A DNA stretch of 64,000 nucleotides. Origin: a virus. This document shows positions 57,694 to 64,000 of this stretch, piece after piece; within the stretch, counting starts at the first letter, position 1, and each line of letters begins with the position of its first letter. The notes beneath the pieces were generated by a model, which saw only the letters and a list, made by a program, of their open reading frames with translations, was not told where the DNA came from and ran no database searches. Position numbers and translations under genes: made by a program. The DNA lies in IMG/VR virus record IMGVR_UViG_3300013126_000014, positions 1 to 64,000 of that record; one strand, written 5' to 3'.

Positions 57694-58570
57694 CAGCACC
57701 CCAGCCACCACCGCCCCATTCACCTTGGCGTGTATAACTTGGTGTGTAGTTATTCATTTCTAAAATATCATCACGAATGTTTTGATTACGCTTTTCAATA
57801 TTTAAAACACGGGTAAATGAATTGGTGATTGCCGCTGTGTAATAAGCAAACGGATTTTGTGATTTACTTTCATCAAACTGTAGACCAATTTGACTTAGCT
57901 GTAGTAATGCTTGACTACGCATTTCGTCGTTGTAAGTGTAACCTCGCCAGTTGCTTCGAGTGGCATATCTCTCACATAACTTGATGAACATGTGTGCTAG
58001 TTTTGGAGTCATTTGTCCATGGTCTTTACTAAATTGACCCGGATCTAACCCGTCTGTCCAATGACTTTTACCTACGCAGTATGCATTGCCGTCTTCATTG
58101 ACTTTAAAGTGTTGGAACGGAGGAAAATTAACTTTAATGTATTTGGCAGGTGCTTTGATACTTACAGACGGGTCATCGTATTCAGTTTCAAAAATGTCGT
58201 CATCTTCTAATTCTTCTTGAAGTTTTGCATTGGCCTTCTTTTGTTTAACTTCGTCGATTGGTATGTGATCCCATGTCATAACACGAAATACAACATCTGT
58301 TATGGGAATTTTGCTAGCAGGTAGTAAAAACTCATCAAGTTTGCGCTTGTTTCCTGCTAATAGCTCTGCTTCTTGTTGTTCTTTAGCTAACCGTTCTGCA
58401 CGCAGTTTGCGTGCTTCATCTAATTTAGATTTCTTTGTAATTTTTTCAATATTATCTACAATGATATCGTAACTAGTGACAGTTAGGTCACTAAAGGTGC
58501 AGTAAGTTAGTTTACTTTTGTGAATCTCTTTAAGAATATCTTTGTTATTTAAATAGTTAACCTTTCGCAT
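57686..58570 (-). CDS. gp55: late-transcription sigma factor (gp55-like)
   Basis: NYLNNKD.L, NWRGYTY.DEM, FDE.KS.NPFAYYT....NSF...L..EKRNQ; upstream of gp47/gp46 as in T4. Confidence 0.85.
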   Translation of the reverse strand: MRKVNYLNNKDILKEIHKSKLTYCTFSDLTVTSYDIIVDNIEKITKKSKLDEARKLRAERLAKEQQEAELLAGNKRKLDEFLLPASKIPITDVVFRVMTWDHIPIDEVKQKKANAKLQEELEDDDIFETEYDDPSVSIKAPAKYIKVNFPPFQHFKVNEDGNAYCVGKSHWTDGLDPGQFSKDHGQMTPKLAHMFIKLCERYATRSNWRGYTYNDEMRSQALLQLSQIGLQFDESKSQNPFAYYTAAITNSFTRVLNIEKRNQNIRDDILEMNNYTPSYTRQGEWGGGGWGADD

Positions 58571-58642
58571 TCAGTTAGTTTCCTTTTATATACTACTATA
58601 TTACAGTCAATAAATACAATAAAGCAAGAGGTAAGGTTAAAA

Positions 58643-59599
58643 ATGGCATTATTTGATTCTATCAAAGGTGGAATTTCGGGCGGGGTTGGACGACTAGCAG
58701 GAAATGTAAAAGATCTATTAGATCCTGCAAATGCTCGACGTGCCATTTCTGGTCTGTTTCCGGGGGGTTCTGTTGGACAAGGGAAACAGTCTGCTAGAAT
58801 AGGATTCCAACAGGGTGGCGGCAGTCCAGTTGATCCATCGGATGATTGGCGAGTACGTATAAGCCTAAGTCCTTCAAATAAGATTTTTTATAACGACACT
58901 AATAATGATCTACTTACTCCGTTGAGCGTAACTGACGGGGTAGTTTTTCCTTATACTCCGAGTATTTCTGTGACACATCAGGCAATTTATAATCCTGCAC
59001 AGCTTACACATAGTAATTATGCAGCGCAGTTTTACCAAGGTAGCGAAGTGAGTGACATAACCATCAATGGTGATTTTACTGTACAGAATGTTGACGAGGG
59101 TAGATATTTACTAGCAGCAATATACTTTTTTAGAAGTGCTACTAAAATGTTTTTTGGTTACGATTCTGCAGGGCAACCTAGCGGTAATCCGCCACCGATA
59201 GTTTATTTAGACGGCTACGGTGAACACTATTTCCCCCATGTTCCTTGTGTGATTACTAATTTTACACATGTGTTACCAAACGAAGTCGACTATATTGAAA
59301 TACCGTTTACTACACAGAAAGTTGTAGATGTCGAATCTTCGCTGCCAACAGAAAGCAATCGAAGTGTGCAGTTGTCGGGCGAAGAGCAGCAATACGTTCC
59401 TAGTTTATTAAAATCAAACAATCCTTCTAGAAAACAACAGGGATTTCAGGTCACAACAAAATTAACAAGATTGCCTACGAATAGTTCGGTCAGCATCACC
59501 CTACGACCAGTATATAGCCGTAAGAGTCTGCATGAAAAATTTAATCTGCATGATTTCGCCTCAGGAAAACTAATTAAAGGCAGCGGAGGGTTCCTATAA
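58643..59599 (+). CDS. baseplate/tail tube cap-like protein
   Basis: DWRVR.SL, GVVFPYTP.I, G.PPP...L.GYG...F..VP.VI..F; first gene of the baseplate operon after TAAATA 58611-58616. Confidence 0.7.
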   Translation: MALFDSIKGGISGGVGRLAGNVKDLLDPANARRAISGLFPGGSVGQGKQSARIGFQQGGGSPVDPSDDWRVRISLSPSNKIFYNDTNNDLLTPLSVTDGVVFPYTPSISVTHQAIYNPAQLTHSNYAAQFYQGSEVSDITINGDFTVQNVDEGRYLLAAIYFFRSATKMFFGYDSAGQPSGNPPPIVYLDGYGEHYFPHVPCVITNFTHVLPNEVDYIEIPFTTQKVVDVESSLPTESNRSVQLSGEEQQYVPSLLKSNNPSRKQQGFQVTTKLTRLPTNSSVSITLRPVYSRKSLHEKFNLHDFASGKLIKGSGGFL

Positions 59600-59904
59600 T
59601 GGCACAGGTAGAATATAGCAAATTGAGTCCATATTATGGTACTACGGTATACGGCAACTTTTTAGATGTAGCAACTGATAGACAAATACCCAAAGATCCA
59701 AGTGATGTGTTGTATACTATAGATAAGCCATATGACAAGCGTCCCGATCTATTAGCAGACGACATATACGGCGACAGTCGATTGTGGTGGGTATTTGCCG
59801 TCAGAAACCCAAACACCTTACAAGATCCTCTGTTTGATTTTACTGCGGGTACAGTTATATACATTCCAAAAAAAGAAGCTATAGTGTCGGCGTTAGGGCT
59901 TTAA
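59599..59904 (+). CDS. baseplate wedge protein (gp53/LysM-like)
   Basis: RPDLLA.DIYGDSRLWWVFA.RNP..L.DP.FDF..G..IYIP. Confidence 0.85.
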   Translation: MAQVEYSKLSPYYGTTVYGNFLDVATDRQIPKDPSDVLYTIDKPYDKRPDLLADDIYGDSRLWWVFAVRNPNTLQDPLFDFTAGTVIYIPKKEAIVSALGL

Positions 59905-59907
59905 TTA

Positions 59908-62853
59908 ATGGCAATAATATATAAACAACAGACTGTTGCCGGCGGCGAGCTTGGTGGTGATTGGCAGGTACTCGGTGGGTATAATGATGCAACTAGAGTC
60001 ATTACCGTACAAGTAATCACATCATCTGGTAAGGTTTTATACCAAGGAACATCAGTGGGTGCGATCAATGCAGATATCGATGCTGCCATTGATTTTTCTC
60101 GAAACAATCCCATTGACGGTATTGATCCTTCGGTTGAACTTGCGTTCTTTAAATCCACACAAGCCGCAGTATCAACGATATACAATGATCTACAAACACA
60201 ATACAAAACAGAAACTGCGCCTGCCAACACCGCACAGGCGCCTGTACCTGCACAACCGCAGCAAGATGCAGGTGCTGTAACTAGCGCCGAACAGCAACGA
60301 TTGTCAGATGCAAATTCAACATCAGACAGCACGGTAGAAAATGCCGGAACAAACTCAGAAGCTAATAATAGTGAAAAATTAACATTTAAAGATGTTAGTG
60401 TTGAAGGTGCTAGATACAGAGAAAATCCTCTTCATGCGTATCCAAGTTATACCTACAGTTTGAGTCTACATTTATTATCTTCTGAAGAATTTAATAAAAT
60501 GGTCGAAACGCAGGAATATAGACCTAGTAATGTGCTGATATCAAGTGCTGGGAGATATAATAACGTAGAGGGAAAAGGATCATTTAAAAGAAATACATGG
60601 TTCAACGAAGATTTTTATTTTGAGGATCTTTCAATTACTACAGTAATCGGGTTAGGCGAAACTAACCGAAGTACTAACGCAGTGGATATAAAATTTACAA
60701 TAGTTGAACCCTACGGATTAACATTGTTAGATCGAATTGTAGACGCTAGTAATCAACTTGGGATAGAGAACTATCTACAAAATCCCTACATGCTACAAAT
60801 TGATTTTTATGGGTGTGACGACAACGGGAACATTATTAGTCCAATACCTGATATTACTAAAAACATTCCCATGCAAATACGTACCTGCTCTGCCAGTGTT
60901 ACTACAAAAGGTAGCGAGTATAGTATTACAGGTACACCATTCTCTCATCAGGCATTCGATCAGCGGGTACAAGAGTGTCCAATTAATGTTGAAGTAGCAT
61001 CACGCACAGTTGAAGGATTTTTTAAAAGTACAACAGACGGCGCTGAAGAACTATCTAGACGTATATCTAAGGATAGAGAAGAAAGGGAAGAATACAGAAA
61101 ATACCGCCAGGACGTAGAAGAACGTGCGGCAATGAACAATCAAGTATTGCCATTAACATCAGTCACCGAAAGACTGTCAAGAGATCCTGTGTATAGCACA
61201 AGTAGTTTAGCTGATGCAATTAACGCTTACTATATTAGTTTAGAAAATAACCTCAAATTGGTATCTGATCGAATAAATTTTGTGTTCCACCCTGATATAG
61301 CAAAAGCTACAATAGTTGATGCAATGCCTGCACCAAGTGATCGACCAATGAATGCCACAGACCTTATCAGAGCAATTAGGGGAAATGCAGGTATCAATGT
61401 TGGTGCATTCAATGAGAATGAAGTTAAAACACCAGTTAGCTATGGTTCTAGTATTGAAGCCGTAATAGCCAGAGTTATAAGAAACAGCTCATACATACGC
61501 GACCAACTTGCTATACTTGAAGGTGAAAAAGACGTTGAAAAGTATAATAACTTAAAAGAGAAAAATAAAACAGCAAACTTAGAATGGTTTAAAATAGTAC
61601 CAGTGCTAAAATTACGAGGTTACGATCCCTTTACTAATACATTTGGGAGAGAAATTACCTATTATGTGGTCCCCTACACTATAAAAAATATCAGATTAGA
61701 CGATGCACCAAAGGGCAAAGCCACACGAAATGATGCTGTAAAATTTTACAATTACATTTACACTGGCTCTAATATAGATATTTTAGATTTGAAAATAGAT
61801 TTTAATGCAGTGTATTATACCAGCATAACCGCTTTTCGATCAAACTACTTAAGTGCGTCTGGGATATCTGATTATTTTGACACAGGAAACAGTTGTGAAG
61901 TGGCAAAACTGCCGCCACCTGGGACAACTTTGCAACCAACCCAAAGATTTTACAAGCTACCCGATCAACGTGACATAACCTCAGTACGTAGTAAAACAGC
62001 AGCAGAAATAGCTGCTGCAGACCTAGAAAGATCAATCATGACAGAACCTATAGCAGACATGTTAAAAGTAGATCTTTCCATATTAGGTGATCCGGAGTTT
62101 ATTAAACAGGACGATTTGTTTTATCCTCCTACGCTTGACGAAAACGGTAATCCAGTTAGAGAATTTGAAACTCCTATTACTAAAAACGGAAGCATAAAAA
62201 CAGATCAAGGTGAAGTATACGTACTATTGATAATTAAAACCCCAACTGATATTAATGATGAAACAGGTATGATGAGTTTTGGAGAACGGGCATATACTAG
62301 CGGATTTTCTGGATTATACAGAGTGCATGTTGTTGAGAACGAATTCAATCGCGGAACATTTAAACAAAAACTAACATTAGTGCGACAACCCGAACAAGAT
62401 GGCGAACAAAGTGCGCAAAGCGCATTGGAAAGGGTTAAAGATTGGAAAGAATATCCTACAGGATCGGGAGATATTGCACCACCTGCAGGCAACAAACAAG
62501 AAGATGCTGTTGCAGTAGACGACACTACAAATCAACCAGCTGTTGACCCAGCGCCGGCGCTTGATCCCACCCCTGATGCGGCACAAAAAGATTTAGCTAA
62601 TATCAGAAATAGTGCGCCCGAAGTACCTATCAATCAACGTAATGAGCCGCAAGCTGTTCCGCCCGGTCCATTGACTGAAAGGGCGTCTCTTGAAGCACAA
62701 CATAAGGCTATTCAACAAGAAATATATAGCATTGTCACTAAAACCGGTGTTAGCTCTCAGCAACGTGCTGCCGATAACGCACGAATAACAGTTCTTAACC
62801 AACAAGCGGCTGAGGTTGTTAGTAAATTAACAGCAATCGGCGCATGGAAATAA
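59908..62853 (+). CDS. large baseplate hub protein (gp27-like domain)
   Basis: 981 aa; F.IVEPYG..LLD, PY.LQIDF.G, L.ILGDP.FI, SGLYRV..VEN.F..G.FKQ.L.L.R; lies between gp53-like and gp5-like genes. Confidence 0.7.
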   Translation: MAIIYKQQTVAGGELGGDWQVLGGYNDATRVITVQVITSSGKVLYQGTSVGAINADIDAAIDFSRNNPIDGIDPSVELAFFKSTQAAVSTIYNDLQTQYKTETAPANTAQAPVPAQPQQDAGAVTSAEQQRLSDANSTSDSTVENAGTNSEANNSEKLTFKDVSVEGARYRENPLHAYPSYTYSLSLHLLSSEEFNKMVETQEYRPSNVLISSAGRYNNVEGKGSFKRNTWFNEDFYFEDLSITTVIGLGETNRSTNAVDIKFTIVEPYGLTLLDRIVDASNQLGIENYLQNPYMLQIDFYGCDDNGNIISPIPDITKNIPMQIRTCSASVTTKGSEYSITGTPFSHQAFDQRVQECPINVEVASRTVEGFFKSTTDGAEELSRRISKDREEREEYRKYRQDVEERAAMNNQVLPLTSVTERLSRDPVYSTSSLADAINAYYISLENNLKLVSDRINFVFHPDIAKATIVDAMPAPSDRPMNATDLIRAIRGNAGINVGAFNENEVKTPVSYGSSIEAVIARVIRNSSYIRDQLAILEGEKDVEKYNNLKEKNKTANLEWFKIVPVLKLRGYDPFTNTFGREITYYVVPYTIKNIRLDDAPKGKATRNDAVKFYNYIYTGSNIDILDLKIDFNAVYYTSITAFRSNYLSASGISDYFDTGNSCEVAKLPPPGTTLQPTQRFYKLPDQRDITSVRSKTAAEIAAADLERSIMTEPIADMLKVDLSILGDPEFIKQDDLFYPPTLDENGNPVREFETPITKNGSIKTDQGEVYVLLIIKTPTDINDETGMMSFGERAYTSGFSGLYRVHVVENEFNRGTFKQKLTLVRQPEQDGEQSAQSALERVKDWKEYPTGSGDIAPPAGNKQEDAVAVDDTTNQPAVDPAPALDPTPDAAQKDLANIRNSAPEVPINQRNEPQAVPPGPLTERASLEAQHKAIQQEIYSIVTKTGVSSQQRAADNARITVLNQQAAEVVSKLTAIGAWK

Positions 62854-62876
62854 TGCAACTATTGGAATAACAAAAA

Positions 62877-64000
62877 ATGGCAATTGATCATAGAATAGGT
62901 ACAAAAGTTAGTAAATCACTGCGCAGAGAAGACACTCCTGCGATTAGGGTAGATCCGTATCCGTATATAGGGGTAGTAAAGAACAACTATGATAGTATAC
63001 GCAGTGGTCGCCTGCAGGTGTTTATTCCTGATTTTGGCGGCGACGAGAACAATCCAAAAAATTGGCGTACAGTAAATTATGCTAGTCCGTTTATGGGCTA
63101 TACCAATGTCCCTAAGGATTCTGGAACTACTAATTCATTTCAAAACGCAGCACATACCTACGGTATGTGGATGGTACCTCCGGATATTGGTGTAGAAGTT
63201 ATTGTTATCTTTGTTGGCGGAGATCCTCTCAGAGGGTTTTGGATCGCTTGCGTAAACAGTAATCTCAGCCATTACATGGTACCCGGGCTAGCGGCAAGTC
63301 AAAATGTTCAAGCAGATACTGCAGATGCTGGGTTTAAAGCAGGCAAAGTTAAAGATGCTAGTTACCCAGTTGTAGAGTTTAACGAAAACGATCCCAAAGC
63401 TGTACACACTCCGGACTGGACATCAAACCCAAGACCTGTCCATGAGGTCCAAGCTGCTATATTAAGAAAACAAGGTTTAGATAGAGACACTGTACGAGGT
63501 ACTATTACTAGTAGTAGCCAACGCGAGAGCCCAAGTCATGTGTTTGGTATTAGTACTCCAGGTAGACCAATTAACGATCCTGCAGATGATCCAAATTTTG
63601 AAAATAAAGTTAAATCTGGCGATTTAACCGCAGACGATTATGCAGTTAGAGCTAGAGCGGGCGGGCACACACTAGTTATGGATGATGGGAGTATTGGTCG
63701 ACGAGATCAATTGTTTAGATTACGATCTGCTAGAGGTCATCAGATTATGATGCACGACACTAGCAACACCTTCTATATGGCCAACGCAGATGGGACTGTG
63801 TGGATAGAAATGACACAAGATGGCAGATTGGAGGTATATAGCTCTGGCAGTATTAGTTTAAGATCGCAAGGTTCGTTGAATTTACACGCCGATAGTAATA
63901 TCAATATTGATGCAGGCGGCAACTTCAACGTGAGATCCGGTGGCAAGGTTCAGTTTAATAGCCAAAGTTTAAATGTTATCACTGACGGGGCTATTACAGT
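62877..64000 (+). CDS. baseplate central spike (gp5/VgrG OB-fold), truncated by window edge
   Basis: Manual translation MAIDHRIG...YIGVVKNN.D..RSGRLQVFIP, ASPF.G, YGMWMVPPDIGVEV.V.F, GGHTLVMDDG, RLRSA.GHQI.MHD. Confidence 0.85.
   Translation, partial: MAIDHRIGTKVSKSLRREDTPAIRVDPYPYIGVVKNNYDSIRSGRLQVFIPDFGGDENNPKNWRTVNYASPFMGYTNVPKDSGTTNSFQNAAHTYGMWMVPPDIGVEVIVIFVGGDPLRGFWIACVNSNLSHYMVPGLAASQNVQADTADAGFKAGKVKDASYPVVEFNENDPKAVHTPDWTSNPRPVHEVQAAILRKQGLDRDTVRGTITSSSQRESPSHVFGISTPGRPINDPADDPNFENKVKSGDLTADDYAVRARAGGHTLVMDDGSIGRRDQLFRLRSARGHQIMMHDTSNTFYMANADGTVWIEMTQDGRLEVYSSGSISLRSQGSLNLHADSNINIDAGGNFNVRSGGKVQFNSQSLNVITDGAIT

Noticed and set aside
58575-58612. sigma70 promoter for the gp55-like gene
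   Set aside because: TTGACT is present on the minus strand but no -10 box lies at a 16-18 nt spacing.
1-64000. Genome-wide TAG reassignment (alternative genetic code)
   Set aside because: Standard-code ORFs tile the window with full-length core genes. TAG ends gp13, gp15, gp21, gp22 and others at plausible C-termini, and only one internal TAG was found.

Overview
A 64 kb segment of a large T4-like (myovirus, probably jumbo-class) phage genome. It holds recombination and replication genes (uvsY fragment, uvsX, gp32, gp46/gp47, dNMP kinase, gp55-like late sigma), DNA packaging genes, the head module (portal, core, protease, scaffold, major capsid), and neck, sheath, tube, baseplate and tail fibre genes. 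There are also several free-standing homing-type endonucleases and accessory enzymes (two radical SAM proteins, SDR, 2OG-Fe(II) oxygenase, NUDIX). Late genes are marked by a recurrent TAAATA box, often only 4-7 nt before the ATG. Highlights: (1) an island at about 38.2-40.3 kb with a canonical amber-suppressor tRNA (anticodon CUA), a degenerate tRNA-Cys-like gene and two flanking endonucleases, followed by a gene with an in-frame TAG at codon 3, while TAG remains a normal stop elsewhere; (2) a roughly 450 nt hairpin-dense non-coding tract directly behind a stand-alone GIY-YIG domain gene; (3) a T-TTT-TTC -1 frameshift site joining two genes beside the tape-measure-like gene; (4) shared candidate capsid-targeting motifs and several structured 5' leaders. 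All product calls come from motif and synteny recognition by eye. No database searches or folding programs were run.
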